From NCBI GenBank assembly GCA_031409335.1, contig JANNWY010000205.1, positions 1 through 62,437 of the forward strand: a stretch of 62,437 nt of DNA, written 5' to 3'. Below, in pieces: positions 1 through 9,942 of the stretch (position 1 is the first letter of the stretch; each line of letters begins with the position of its first letter). The position numbers were made by a program, and so were the translations under genes. The stretch comes from Chthoniobacteraceae bacterium. Lineage in GTDB: Bacteria; Verrucomicrobiota; Verrucomicrobiia; Chthoniobacterales; Chthoniobacteraceae. The notes beneath the pieces are model-generated. The model ran no database searches. It was not told the origin of the DNA and saw nothing but the letters and a program-made list of their open reading frames with translations.

Positions 1-183
1 CGTGGCGACCCCGCCCAAGCCCGCGCCCTCTTCACCGCTATGGAGGCGAAGATGAAAGCATTCCCCGCCGATGACCGGAACCCCCTCGCCGAGAAGGGAT
101 CCACCCACGACGACCTGATCCTCTGGCTGGCCTGCAAGGAAGCCAAGGCCCTGCTCGCCGAGCCCGCCCCGGCGGGGAAGTAA
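1..183 (+). CDS. 3' end of a gene running in from the left edge; probably a PVC-type Ser/Thr protein kinase C-terminus
   Basis: Frame 1 is open from base 1 to TAA at 181-183 (RGDPAQARALF...HDDLILWLACKEAKALL...GK*). The HDDLILW..KEA.AL tail resembles PVC kinase/TPR C-termini, and an ECF sigma follows. Confidence 0.45.
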   Translation, partial: RGDPAQARALFTAMEAKMKAFPADDRNPLAEKGSTHDDLILWLACKEAKALLAEPAPAGK

Positions 184-233
184 TCGCCGACTTTCGCTTC
201 GCCATACGTGCCCCCGCCTCGTAGCACTCGCCC

Positions 234-629
234 ATGGCCGACCTCACCCTCCTCCTCGACGCCATCCACCGCGGCGAACCCGATGCCGCCGGCGCCCTGC
301 TCGCGCAGGTCTATGCCGAGCTGCGTCAGCTCGCCCGCGCGAAAATGGCCCGCGAGCAGCCCGGCCACACCCTCCAGCCCACCGCCCTCGTCCACGAAGC
401 GTGGCTGAAACTCGGCGACCAGCGCTTTGAAAACCGCGCCCACTTTTTCGGCGCAGCCGCCGAGGCCATGCGCCGCATCTTCGTGGAATCCGTTCGGTGC
501 GGCATGGCTACCAAAGTCATCGCTTCAACCCAACCCGCCCGAGCAGCAAACCGCCGACGCCAATCAACGCGAAGACGCTGCCGAAAACTACGTCCCAGAC
601 AAACTCGCGCGGTGCTTCCTTCACCGTGA
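234..629 (+). pseudogene. Truncated ECF sigma factor (TIGR02999-like PVC family)
   Basis: LL.QVY.ELR.LA...HTLQPTALVHEAWLKL...RAHFFGAAAEAMRRI is diagnostic. Similarity stops at about 490, region 4 is missing, and the tail is antisense to the next gene. Confidence 0.75.
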
Positions 630-1062
630 GCCGGGATTGGCCGGGATTTTTCGGGTGATAATAGACGGGCATCGTCCGGCCCGCCGGGTATGTGTCCGCG
701 ATGCTCGCGGCCTGTGCGTAAACCTCGTCGTCCTCGGCCTCCTCAATCGTCGGAGCGAGGCCGGTACGGCGCTGCCCTTCCGCTTCGTATTCGTATCGAA
801 GCATGACGGTGTAAACAGTCGCGGAGGAGTAGGTCTTGGTGCGTCTGCTGGCGTTGCGCCGGTACTGATTGCTCCGGCGTTCGCCCTTGTTGATCGAGGT
901 TTCCATCACCGTCCCGCGCGCCTCGATCCAGACTTCCTGCGAACGTTTCCAGACGATCGGGATGGCGGCGAGGGACAGAGCGCCGATGATCGCGAACACC
1001 GCGCCGACAGCGAGCAGCGTCCACGCACAGCCGCGCGGAATGGGAGGAAGGGTGCGGGCCAT
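517..1062 (-). CDS. DUF3592-like membrane protein
   Basis: Two TM helices flank W..ARGTV...YEYE..G...YPAG....VYYHPKNP.QS.L; ATG at 1062. Confidence 0.75.
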   Translation of the reverse strand: MARTLPPIPRGCAWTLLAVGAVFAIIGALSLAAIPIVWKRSQEVWIEARGTVMETSINKGERRSNQYRRNASRRTKTYSSATVYTVMLRYEYEAEGQRRTGLAPTIEEAEDDEVYAQAASIADTYPAGRTMPVYYHPKNPGQSRLTVKEAPREFVWDVVFGSVFALIGVGGLLLGRVGLKR

Positions 1063-1171
1063 GATGCGGAAAGGGGTGGGCCGAACGCGCGGCGGTGTCA
1101 AGGCTGCCTCTGCCTCAAGAAACCGTCGTTGGACATGGCCGGGGATTGCTTCAATCTGGTATCCACACCGT

Positions 1172-2545
1172 ATGAAAATGCCGCCCCATCCTCACTCCGC
1201 CGCCGAGCGCGCGGCCAGTTTCAGCCGCCGCGCATTTCTCCGTGGCATCGGCGCGTGTCTTGCACTGCCGACGCTGGATTCGCTGAAGCTCGTTGCCGCC
1301 GAAGCCGCCACGAAGGCCGCGCCGACGCGCATGGCTTTTCTTTATGTGCCAAATGGAACGATCCCATCCGCGTGGTGGCCGAAGGGCGATGCGGGGAAAG
1401 ATTTCGTGCTGCCGCGCACCTTGCAGCCGCTGGAAAAAGTGCGGCATCAATTGCAAATCATCGCCGGCCTCGACGATCTGAATGCGGAACCCGGGCCGGA
1501 TGGCGCGGGCGATCATGCGCGGGCGGGCGGGACTTTTCTCACCGGCGTGCGGATTAAAAAAACGGCGGGCTCGGACATCTACGCGGGCGTTTCCATCGAC
1601 CAGGTCGTGGCGCAGCAGATCGGCCATCTGACGCGCTTCCCCTCGCTCGAACTCACCTGCGACGCCGTGCGCAAGGCGGGCAATTGCGACTCCGGCTACT
1701 CGTGCGCTTACGAATACAATCTCGCCTGGAAATCTCCCACGCAGCCCGTTTCACCCGAGCCAAATCCGCGTCTCGTTTTCGAGCGCCTTTTCGGCACTGG
1801 CTCACCCGGCGAGCGCGGGGACAATCTCAAACGACGCCAGGCTGAGCAGCAATCCATCCTCGATTTTGTGATGGATGACGCCGACGCCGTGCAGCGAAAA
1901 CTCAACGGGCGCGACCGCCAGAAGCTCGATCAGTATTTGACGAGCGTCCGCGAGATCGAGCAGCGCATCGAACGCACCGAGCGCCTGCCGATCACCGACC
2001 CCGGCGTGATCGCGCCCGCCGGCATCCCCGCGGCTTACGACGAGCACATCGCGCTGATGTTCGACATGCTGCTCCTCGCCTTCCAGACGGACTCCACGCG
2101 CGTCGCCACGATGCTACTCGCGGGCGAAGGCAGCAATCGCACGTTCACCGAAATCGGCCTCTCCGAAGGCCACCACAATCTCACCCACCATCGGGACAAT
2201 CCCGAGATGGTCGGCAAGGTGAAGGAGATCGACCTTTGGTATGTCCAGCGACTCGCGATGTTCCTCGAAAAAATGGAGGGCACGATCGACAGCGACGGGA
2301 AATCGCTGCTGCACAATTCCATGATCGTCTATGGCTCCGGCAACGCCGACGGCAACCGCCACACGCACACGAATCTCCCCATCGTGCTCGCCGGCGGTGG
2401 CGGCGGCGCTTTCAAAGCGGGCCGCTACCACAAACTCCCCGCCGCGCCGCTCACGAATCTTTTCCTGACGATGTCAGACCGCATGGGCGTGCGGGATTTG
2501 GAAAGGCACGGCGACTCGACGGGAAGACTGAGCGCGATCGGCTAA
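1172..2545 (+). CDS. DUF1552 domain protein with a Tat-like leader
   Basis: SRRAFLRG.GACLALP.L, RMAFLYVPNG, SIDQVVAQ, RFPSLEL, CDSGYSCAY, FQTDSTRVAT, HGDSTG motifs. Confidence 0.9.
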   Translation: MKMPPHPHSAAERAASFSRRAFLRGIGACLALPTLDSLKLVAAEAATKAAPTRMAFLYVPNGTIPSAWWPKGDAGKDFVLPRTLQPLEKVRHQLQIIAGLDDLNAEPGPDGAGDHARAGGTFLTGVRIKKTAGSDIYAGVSIDQVVAQQIGHLTRFPSLELTCDAVRKAGNCDSGYSCAYEYNLAWKSPTQPVSPEPNPRLVFERLFGTGSPGERGDNLKRRQAEQQSILDFVMDDADAVQRKLNGRDRQKLDQYLTSVREIEQRIERTERLPITDPGVIAPAGIPAAYDEHIALMFDMLLLAFQTDSTRVATMLLAGEGSNRTFTEIGLSEGHHNLTHHRDNPEMVGKVKEIDLWYVQRLAMFLEKMEGTIDSDGKSLLHNSMIVYGSGNADGNRHTHTNLPIVLAGGGGGAFKAGRYHKLPAAPLTNLFLTMSDRMGVRDLERHGDSTGRLSAIG

Positions 2546-2608
2546 ATCTGCGCGGCCTTCGTCGGCGCGCTTGGTCTGATGCCAGCGGTGCAGTAGTCTC
2601 GGACGCAG

Positions 2609-3346
2609 ATGGAACTTCCCGCAGCCGATCATTCCGGCGCTTTCAAGCCGACCCGCTGGAGTCTCGTCCTCCGGGCGAGCGATCGTCGCGAGCCGACAGC
2701 GGCGGCGGCGCTCAATGAATTGTGCGCGACATATTGGTATCCGCTCTACTGCTTCGCGCGGCGGCGCGGGTTGAATCCACCGGACGCCGAGGACGCGACG
2801 CAGGGATTTTTCGCGCGCATTCTTCAGCGCGAAACGCTCGCCGACGCGGACCCGGAGCGGGGCCGGCTCCGCACATTCCTGCTCACGGCGTTTCAGCGGT
2901 ATTTGGTGAATTTTGACGAGCATCGCTTTGCGCAAAAGCGCGGCGGCGCGGCGCATCCGATCTCGCTCGATGATGCCGAGCAGCGATTCGGCGCGGAGCC
3001 TGCCGACGGGAATTCGCCGGAGAAAATCTTCGAGCATCAATGGGCTCTCGCCGTGCTCGATCGCACGCTGGCCGCGCTCGCCGCTGAATGCGAATCGCGC
3101 GGACAAGGCACGGCGTTTGAAATTTTCCGCCCGCTCCTGAGCGACGCTTTGGACGAATCGAGCGATTCGTACGCGACGATTTCCGCGCGACTCGCGATGA
3201 CGCCCGGCGCGGCGCGCGTGGCCGTGCATCGGATGCGCAAGCGCTACCGCGACATCCTGTTTTCGCAAATCGCCGAGACGCTCGACGATCCATCGCCAGT
3301 GGCGGTGAGGCAGGAAATCCAGGCGCTATTCGCGGCGCTCGGCTGA
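2609..3346 (+). CDS. ECF-type RNA polymerase sigma factor (PVC type)
   Basis: F..TRWSLV.RA, AL.ELC..YWYPLY.F.RRRG, AED.TQGFF, GRLRTFLL, QKRGG, RVAVHRMRKRYR. Confidence 0.9.
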   Translation: MELPAADHSGAFKPTRWSLVLRASDRREPTAAAALNELCATYWYPLYCFARRRGLNPPDAEDATQGFFARILQRETLADADPERGRLRTFLLTAFQRYLVNFDEHRFAQKRGGAAHPISLDDAEQRFGAEPADGNSPEKIFEHQWALAVLDRTLAALAAECESRGQGTAFEIFRPLLSDALDESSDSYATISARLAMTPGAARVAVHRMRKRYRDILFSQIAETLDDPSPVAVRQEIQALFAALG

Positions 3347-3384
3347 TTCGACGGCACAACACTTGCGGGAACAGGCGGTCATCC

Positions 3385-6300
3385 ATGAAAGACCTCCGAC
3401 AGAAATCGGTGGCCTCGCTGCTATTTTGCTCGGGGCTTTGCGCGCTCATTTACCAGACGGCATGGCTGCGCGAATTCAGGCTGATCTTCGGCGCATCCAC
3501 AGCGGCCTCCGCGGCAGTGCTCGGGATTTTCATGGGCGGCCTTGGCCTCGGCAGCGCATGGCTCGGACACCGAAGTGAGCGCGCGAAAAAGCCGCTCCTG
3601 CTTTACGGAAATCTGGAGCTGCTCATCGCCCTCTCCGCCGCGCTCACGCCCGCGCTGGTCTGGCTCGCGCGCCACGCCTACGCCGCGACCGGCGGCACGA
3701 TGGTGCTCGGCAGCGTGGCGGGAACGCTCGTGCGCCTCGTGCTCTCCGCGCTCGTCTTGATCGTGCCGACATTTCTCATGGGCGGCACGCTGCCCGCCGC
3801 CGCGCGCGCAGTCGCGACCGCCGCCGATACCGGACGCCGCAGCCTCGCGCTGCTTTACGGCTGCAACACGCTCGGCGCCGTGACCGGAGCGACGCTCTCG
3901 ACCTTCCTGCTCATCGAGCATTTCGGAAATCGCGGCACGCTCTGGGTCGCCTGCGCCGCGAATCTTGTCGTCGCCATCGTCGCCCGCGCCATCGGTCGCG
4001 CGATGCCCGACGCCGAGCCATCCGTCGCATCTGCCGCATCCGTCCCATCCGTCGCATCGCCCCACTTCGTGATGTGCGCCGCCGCCAGCGTCGGCTTTGC
4101 ATTCATGCTCATGGAGTTGGTTTGGTATCGGATGCTCGGCCCGATCCTCGGCGGCTCCACTTTCACCTTCGGCCTCATCCTCATCGTCGCGCTGCTCGGC
4201 GTCGGCCTCGGTGGAAGTGCGTACGCGCTTTTGCGCGGCGATCGCCGTCCGACCATCAACGCCTTCGCGCTCACCTGCGCGCTCGAGGCACTTTTCATCG
4301 CCACCCCGTACGCGCTCGGCGATCGCATCGCGCAGCTCGCGCTAGTCCTCCGCCCGCTTGGCGGCATGGGCTTTGGCGGGCAGGTCTTCGGTTGGGCGAT
4401 CATCGCGGGCATCGTCGTTTTTCCCGCGGCACTCGTCGCGGGCTATCAATTTCCCATGCTCATCGCGCTGCTCGGCGAAGGCCGCGAAGACGTGGGTCGC
4501 CACACCGGCGCGGCGTACGCGGCGAATACCGGCGGCGCGATCGCAGGCTCGCTGCTCGGCGGTTTTGGGTTGCTGCCGGTGCTCACCGCGCCGGGGGCTT
4601 GGAAAGCGGCCATCGCGCTGCTCATCGTGCTCGCCGCCGCTGCGGTCGTCATCGCGATCACACGGAAAGAGCGGTTCGCGATTTCATCCGTCGGCGCGGC
4701 GCTCGTCGCGCTGCTCATGCTTTTCGCCACTGGCCCCACCGCCGCGTGGCGGCACAGCGGCATCGGCGCGGGACGCGCGACGATCGATTCGCCGACCGTG
4801 AATACGCTCGAAGATTTCGAGCGGTTTTTCGGACGCACCGTTTTTTGGGAAGCCGAAGGCGTCGAGAGCAGCGTCGGCATGTGCGGCGATTCCGGCGTCG
4901 CCTTCATCATCAATGGCAAGATCGACGGCAACAGCCGGCTCGATTCCGGCACGCAAATCATGAGCGGGCTCACCGGCGCGATCCTGCATCCGAATCCGAA
5001 GCGCGCGCTCGTCATCGGCCTCGGCACCGGCAGCACCGCGGGCTGGCTTGGGAAAGTTCCCGAAATGGAGCACGTCGAAGTCGTCGAACTCGAACCGGCC
5101 GTCCGCGAAGTCGCGCGCGTGTGCGCTTCCGTGAATCAAAACGTGCTCGAAAATCCGAAGGTCCATCTGCACATCGGCGACGCCCGCGAAGTCCTGCTCA
5201 CCACGCCAGAAAAATACGACATCATCTTCTCCGAACCCTCGAATCCGTATCGCGCCGGCATCGCCAGCCTTTTCACCGAAGAATTTTACGGTGCGGTGAA
5301 ACAGCGCCTCGAAACCGACGGAATTTTCCTCCAATGGCTGCAAGCCTACGACATCGACGGCGAAGCGATCCGCACCGTGTACGCCACGCTCGGCGCAGTC
5401 TTCCCGCACGTCGAAACTTTCACCACGCAGGCCCACGATCTCCTGCTCGTCGCCACGCGCGAACCACTGCCGATGGACGCCGCACATTTGCGCGCCCGTG
5501 TCGCGCAGGAGCCGTTTCGCAGCGCGTTGCGAAATGCGTGGCGCGTCGATTCGCTCGAAGGATTTTTCAGTCATTACGTCGGCCACGACGCGCTCACCCG
5601 CGCCGTCGGCAGTGCCGGAAATCCGGTCTCGACCGACGACCGCAATCATCTCGAATTCGGCTTCGCCCGCAGCGTCGGCAGCGGTCGCACGGCACTGCTC
5701 GCGGAGCACGTGAAAGCCTTCGCGCGCGAGCGCGGCTGGCACCGGCCCGTGCAGCTCGCCGGCGCGGTCGATTGGGAAAACGTGGACGCCCAGGAGCCGA
5801 CGGTGCTCGCCGCGCAGGGACTCGTCGCCGAGCCGCTGCCGCGCGAAACCGACGCGCGCTTCATGCACCGCGCGTGGCTCGCATATCACATCGGCGGCCA
5901 CTCCGCGCAGGCGCTCGCATTCTGGCGGCAGCACCAGAGTTTTGAGCCCGCGAATCTTTACGAACTGCAAATCCTCGCCACGCTCCTGGCCGACGCGGGC
6001 GACGATGATGCCGAAAAATGGATCGCAAAATTTGCCGCATTCCGTCCCGCCGACGCCGGCGCAATTCGCGCCCGCACTTTGGCGAAACACGAAAAGTGGG
6101 ACGACGCGACCACCGCATTGAGCGCCGCTTTCGCCGCATGGCGGACCGATCCGTGGGCGACCGCCGGGCTCGTGAATGACAGCGTCGATCTCGCGCAGCG
6201 CATCGCCCGCGACAGCCGCCGACACGATCTTGCCCGGAAATTGTTCGACGACTTGCGCGGCGAGTTTGCCATCAGCTCCGCACGCGAGCGCCGCATGTCT

Positions 6301-6552
6301 GCGCTCGTGGAGATAGCGAAAGTCAGCGCGGACACGCCCTTCAACGAACTCACCCGCATCGCGCTCGACGACTACGGCGCGCATCTCCCGTGGCGCTCCG
6401 CGATTCTCAAGCTCAACGTCCTCACCCACGACGCCCTCCGCGACCCGCGCCTCGAATCCGCGACCGACGACCTCCAGCGATTCCTCGCGTACGAGCCGAT
6501 CCGTTTCGAGTCCGGGCTCGAAAAAAAGAAAGCCGCAGGCGCTGGCTTTTAG
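3385..6552 (+). CDS. Fused multi-TM/spermidine synthase-like SAM-dependent protein
   Basis: About 13 TM segments with repeated LY..NTLGA motifs, then ALVIGLGTGSTAG, VELEP, GDARE, YDII.SEPSNP. Confidence 0.88.
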   Translation: MKDLRQKSVASLLFCSGLCALIYQTAWLREFRLIFGASTAASAAVLGIFMGGLGLGSAWLGHRSERAKKPLLLYGNLELLIALSAALTPALVWLARHAYAATGGTMVLGSVAGTLVRLVLSALVLIVPTFLMGGTLPAAARAVATAADTGRRSLALLYGCNTLGAVTGATLSTFLLIEHFGNRGTLWVACAANLVVAIVARAIGRAMPDAEPSVASAASVPSVASPHFVMCAAASVGFAFMLMELVWYRMLGPILGGSTFTFGLILIVALLGVGLGGSAYALLRGDRRPTINAFALTCALEALFIATPYALGDRIAQLALVLRPLGGMGFGGQVFGWAIIAGIVVFPAALVAGYQFPMLIALLGEGREDVGRHTGAAYAANTGGAIAGSLLGGFGLLPVLTAPGAWKAAIALLIVLAAAAVVIAITRKERFAISSVGAALVALLMLFATGPTAAWRHSGIGAGRATIDSPTVNTLEDFERFFGRTVFWEAEGVESSVGMCGDSGVAFIINGKIDGNSRLDSGTQIMSGLTGAILHPNPKRALVIGLGTGSTAGWLGKVPEMEHVEVVELEPAVREVARVCASVNQNVLENPKVHLHIGDAREVLLTTPEKYDIIFSEPSNPYRAGIASLFTEEFYGAVKQRLETDGIFLQWLQAYDIDGEAIRTVYATLGAVFPHVETFTTQAHDLLLVATREPLPMDAAHLRARVAQEPFRSALRNAWRVDSLEGFFSHYVGHDALTRAVGSAGNPVSTDDRNHLEFGFARSVGSGRTALLAEHVKAFARERGWHRPVQLAGAVDWENVDAQEPTVLAAQGLVAEPLPRETDARFMHRAWLAYHIGGHSAQALAFWRQHQSFEPANLYELQILATLLADAGDDDAEKWIAKFAAFRPADAGAIRARTLAKHEKWDDATTALSAAFAAWRTDPWATAGLVNDSVDLAQRIARDSRRHDLARKLFDDLRGEFAISSARERRMSALVEIAKVSADTPFNELTRIALDDYGAHLPWRSAILKLNVLTHDALRDPRLESATDDLQRFLAYEPIRFESGLEKKKAAGAGF

Positions 6553-6601
6553 CAGCGCGACTTGCCCTTCGTCGTCGGGCGATTTAGAAGATCGCACCGT
6601 C

Positions 6602-6880
6602 ATGCGCCGCCTCGGAAACACCTTCAACTGCCCCGTCTGCGGAGAAGAAGTGCCGAACGGCGCGAAATCGTGCCCGGAGTGCGGCGCGTGCGACAAATCC
6701 GGCTGGAGCGGTGAAGCGGAGTCATCGGGACTCGGCCTGCCGGACGATGATTTCAACTATCAGAAATTCATCGAGGGCGAATTTGGCGGCACTCCGAAAA
6801 AATCCCCGATGCAATGGGTGTGGTGGATTGCCGCGCTGCTGGCCTTCCTCTCAATGCTGTGGGCCGTGCTGCCCAAGTAG
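6602..6880 (+). CDS. Small zinc-ribbon membrane protein
   Basis: CPVCG...CPECG plus a C-terminal hydrophobic helix. Confidence 0.75.
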   Translation: MRRLGNTFNCPVCGEEVPNGAKSCPECGACDKSGWSGEAESSGLGLPDDDFNYQKFIEGEFGGTPKKSPMQWVWWIAALLAFLSMLWAVLPK

Positions 6881-7012
6881 CATTGCATTTCGCCCGCCTC
6901 GGCGCAGCACCGGGATACGCAAGTGGAGGTGAGGTAACAATCAAGGGATGCCGCGTGCGGCATACATTCAGTGGCCTTTTTTCCAACGGGGAAATGTGCC
7001 ATTTTCTTTTTC

Positions 7013-7318
7013 ATGCCTGCCGAAGATTGTACCGATGTCTTGAAAGCCCTCGCGGATCGAACGCGCCAGCGGATCGTGAAGGCGCTCCTCGGCGCGGACC
7101 TCAACGTGAACGAACTAACCGCGAAACTCGGGCTTTCCCAATACAATACCTCCAAGCATTTGCGCGTGCTCAAGGAGGCCGGCATCGTGGATTTCCGCGC
7201 CCTCGGCCAGCAGCGCGAGTATCACATCGCGACGACTTTTCGCCGCCGGATTGAACGGGAAGGAGTGACGCTCGATTTCGGCTGCTGCACGTTTCGCATG
7301 GATCAACTTCCCGACTGA
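7013..7318 (+). CDS. ArsR/SmtB family transcriptional regulator
   Basis: LKALAD.TR.RIV, SQYNTSKHLRVLKEAGIV winged HTH; C-terminal LDFGCC. Confidence 0.9.
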   Translation: MPAEDCTDVLKALADRTRQRIVKALLGADLNVNELTAKLGLSQYNTSKHLRVLKEAGIVDFRALGQQREYHIATTFRRRIEREGVTLDFGCCTFRMDQLPD

Positions 7319-7352
7319 TCTCAATTTCGGATTGTGCTGCGCCACGACATTA

Positions 7353-7374
7353 CATATGCCACACATCGCATATG
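7353..7374. promoter_or_regulatory. Candidate repressor operator overlapping the pstS start codon
   Basis: Perfect inverted repeat CATATGC-N8-GCATATG in the arsR-pstS gap; the right arm contains the pstS ATG. Confidence 0.45.
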
Positions 7375-8211
7375 CAAAACCGGATCGTTGCGGCTCTCTC
7401 CCTGCTTTCGCTGGCGCTGGCCACCAATGCCGAGACGCTGAAGATCAACGGCTCGACGACCGTGAACCTCCCTGTCGCCGAAGCCGCGGAGATTCTGCGC
7501 GCGGAGCAGAAGATGGAGATTCAGGTGGACACGCAGGGCGGCAGTTCGGGCGGCATTTCCATGCTGGGCGATGGGATGGTGCAAGTCGGCATGAGCTCGA
7601 AGCCGGTCAGCGCCGAGGATCGGGCGAAGTATCCGAACGCGGCGATCCGGGAGACGCACATCGGCGAAGATGCGGTCGCGCTGATCGTCTCAAAGGACGT
7701 CTGGGAAGGCGGCGTGAAGGCGCTGACGAAACAGCAAATCAAGGACATCTATGAGAGCAGGATCACCAATTGGAAAGCCGTGGGTGGAAAGCCGCAGCGC
7801 ATTGCTTTTTTCAACAAGGAACCGGGACGCGGGACGTGGGAAGTCTTCGTGCATTGGGTCTATCGCAGCCCAAAGGCCGCACCGCAGGTCAGCTTCCCCG
7901 AAGTCGGCGGCAACGAGGAAACGCGAAACAAAGTCGCCGCCACGCGCGGCGCGCTTTCGCAACTCTCGTCGTCGTGGGCCGATGGGAAAAAAGTGTTCGC
8001 GCTGGGCCTCAAACTCGAAGACGGCACGGTCGTGCATCCGACCACCGAGAGTATCGCGACGAAGCAGTATCCGCTGAGTCGTCCGCTCTTTTTGCTGACG
8101 AATGGGGAACCCGCCGGAGGGGCGAAGACGCTCGTGGATTTCGTGCTCGGCGAGCGCGGGCAGGAGCTGGTAAAAAAGCACGGCTATCTTCGCCTGAAGG
8201 ATCTCAAATAG
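7372..8211 (+). CDS. pstS: Phosphate ABC transporter substrate-binding protein
   Basis: Signal peptide, INGSTTV, GGSSGGI, GMSS, YPLSRPLF. Confidence 0.88.
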   Translation: MQNRIVAALSLLSLALATNAETLKINGSTTVNLPVAEAAEILRAEQKMEIQVDTQGGSSGGISMLGDGMVQVGMSSKPVSAEDRAKYPNAAIRETHIGEDAVALIVSKDVWEGGVKALTKQQIKDIYESRITNWKAVGGKPQRIAFFNKEPGRGTWEVFVHWVYRSPKAAPQVSFPEVGGNEETRNKVAATRGALSQLSSSWADGKKVFALGLKLEDGTVVHPTTESIATKQYPLSRPLFLLTNGEPAGGAKTLVDFVLGERGQELVKKHGYLRLKDLK

Positions 8212-8231
8212 GCAGCGGTGCATTCTTCCGG

Positions 8232-9101
8232 ATGACTCGCGCGTGGAGCTGGTTCTTTAGTCTCGTGGCCATCGGCACGCTGGCGCTGCTCGTCGGCATC
8301 TTCGTGTGGCAAAGCCTGCCAGTTTGGCGGCACGAAGGCTGGGGCTATCTCACGGGAACGAAATGGTTTTTCCGCCAGCAGGAATTTGGCGCATGGCCCA
8401 TGATCTACGGCAGCATCGTGGTCTCCGGGGTCGCGCTGGTGCTGGCTGCGCCTTTCGGAATGGGCGCGGCGATTTTCACTGCCGAGTATCTCCCGCGCGC
8501 GCCGCGGCTCGCGGTGAAAGTGCTCATCGAACTGCTCGCGGGCGTACCCTCGGTTGTCTATGGGCTGCTCGGCATTCTGCTGCTTCGGAATTGGATTTAC
8601 GACCTCTTCGCGCCCTTCGATCCGCTCAGCGGCGACACTCTGCTGACCGCCGGCGTGCTCCTCGCGGTGATGATCCTGCCCACCGTCGTGACGCTCGGCG
8701 ACGACGCCCTCCGCGCGGTGCCGGCGGCGCAACGCCGTGCCGCCCGCGCCCTCGGGCTCACGCGGGCGGAGACGATCCTCCATGTCGCGCTGCCGCAGGC
8801 GCGGCGCGGTCTGGGAGCCGCGCTGCTGCTCGCGCTTGGCCGTGCCTTTGGGGAAACGATCGCCGTCTTCCTCGTCGTCGGAAGGCAGGACAACAATCTG
8901 CCGGAGCGTCTCCTGTCGCTGCGCCCGCTGCTGGAATCCGGCCAGACGCTGACCAGCAAACTCGGCGGATCGGAAACGAATATCAGCTATGGCGATCCGC
9001 TGCATTGGGCGGCCATCGTCGGCCTCGGTTTGATCCTGCTCGTGCTCACGGGCGCGCTCACCGTGATCGGCACCGCCTTTGGCCGGAGGTCCGATGCGTA
9101 G
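8232..9101 (+). CDS. pstC: Phosphate ABC transporter permease
   Basis: IELLAGVPSVVYG, MILPT, ALRAVP, GRAFGETIAV. Confidence 0.9.
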   Translation: MTRAWSWFFSLVAIGTLALLVGIFVWQSLPVWRHEGWGYLTGTKWFFRQQEFGAWPMIYGSIVVSGVALVLAAPFGMGAAIFTAEYLPRAPRLAVKVLIELLAGVPSVVYGLLGILLLRNWIYDLFAPFDPLSGDTLLTAGVLLAVMILPTVVTLGDDALRAVPAAQRRAARALGLTRAETILHVALPQARRGLGAALLLALGRAFGETIAVFLVVGRQDNNLPERLLSLRPLLESGQTLTSKLGGSETNISYGDPLHWAAIVGLGLILLVLTGALTVIGTAFGRRSDA

Positions 9102-9942
9102 GCTCGGCGACTTCCTCCTCGCCGCGCTCGCCGGGCTCTGCGCGCTCGTCTCCGTCGGCATCCTCGTCGGGCTGGTCTTCGTCGTGGCGCAGCGCGGAGC
9201 GCCGGCACTGAGCTGGTCCTTTTTCACGGAGCAAATCCGGCTCGTGGGCGCGGCGGGCGGCATCTTTTGGAATCTCGTCGGGACCATGATCCTGCTGGCT
9301 TCCGCCTGCCTCATCTGCGGACCGATGGCCATCGGCCTCGCGCTGGTCGAATGCGTTTGGCTGCGCGGCGATCGCTCGCGACGCGCGCTGCGCACCGTCC
9401 TTTACACCCTCAATGGCCTGCCGAGCATCCTCTTTGGCCTCTTCGGATTTATCGTCTTTGTGCAGTGGCTCGATTGGGGAAAGTCGTGGCTCATCGGCGG
9501 AATCGTGCTCGCGCTGGGGATGCTACCGACGGTCAGCGTCGCGCTCATCGAGCGGCTGAAAGCGATCCCCGCCAGCTACGTCGAAGCCGCCGCGGCGCTC
9601 GGACTGAGCCGCGCGCAGATCGTCTGGGCCGTGCTCCTGCCTCAGGCGTGGGGTGGACTCATCACCGGCTCGCTGCTCGGGCTCGCGCGCGCGGCGGGCG
9701 AGACGGCGCCGATCATGTTCACTTGCACCATCTTCGCAGGCGCGACCTGGCCGCGCGGCATCGTGGAAAGTCCCGTGCTGACACTGCCTTACCACATCTT
9801 CATCCTCGCGCAGGATTCGTTCGACCCCGCCGTCGGCGCGAAGCTGTGGGGAGCCGCGCTCGTCCTCCTTGGACTCGTCTTTTTCCTCAGTCTCATCGCC
9901 CTGCCCAGCCGCCTGAAAATGCACGAAGAAGCCAATGCCTGA
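9094..9942 (+). CDS. pstA: Phosphate ABC transporter permease
   Basis: LPSILFGLFG, EAAAALG, ARAAGETAPI; overlaps the pstC stop. Confidence 0.9.
   Translation: MRRLGDFLLAALAGLCALVSVGILVGLVFVVAQRGAPALSWSFFTEQIRLVGAAGGIFWNLVGTMILLASACLICGPMAIGLALVECVWLRGDRSRRALRTVLYTLNGLPSILFGLFGFIVFVQWLDWGKSWLIGGIVLALGMLPTVSVALIERLKAIPASYVEAAAALGLSRAQIVWAVLLPQAWGGLITGSLLGLARAAGETAPIMFTCTIFAGATWPRGIVESPVLTLPYHIFILAQDSFDPAVGAKLWGAALVLLGLVFFLSLIALPSRLKMHEEANA

Noticed and set aside
4018..4058. Degenerate 9-bp tandem repeat (CATCCGTCG-like) in the spermidine synthase-like gene
   Set aside because: It is a short in-frame linker expansion (PSVASAASVPSVAS) with no sign of function.
4074..6756. Long alternative-frame ORFs (e.g. 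4074-5945 +, 4684-6756 -, also 24728-27794 + and 59901-61505 -)
   Set aside because: These are shadow ORFs typical of high-GC DNA: Arg/Ala/Pro-rich, without motifs, overlapping well-supported genes.
6948..6963. Palindrome ATGCCGC-GT-GCGGCAT upstream of arsR as an operator
   Set aside because: A 7-bp GC-rich arm is expected by chance, and it matches the pstS palindrome only weakly.
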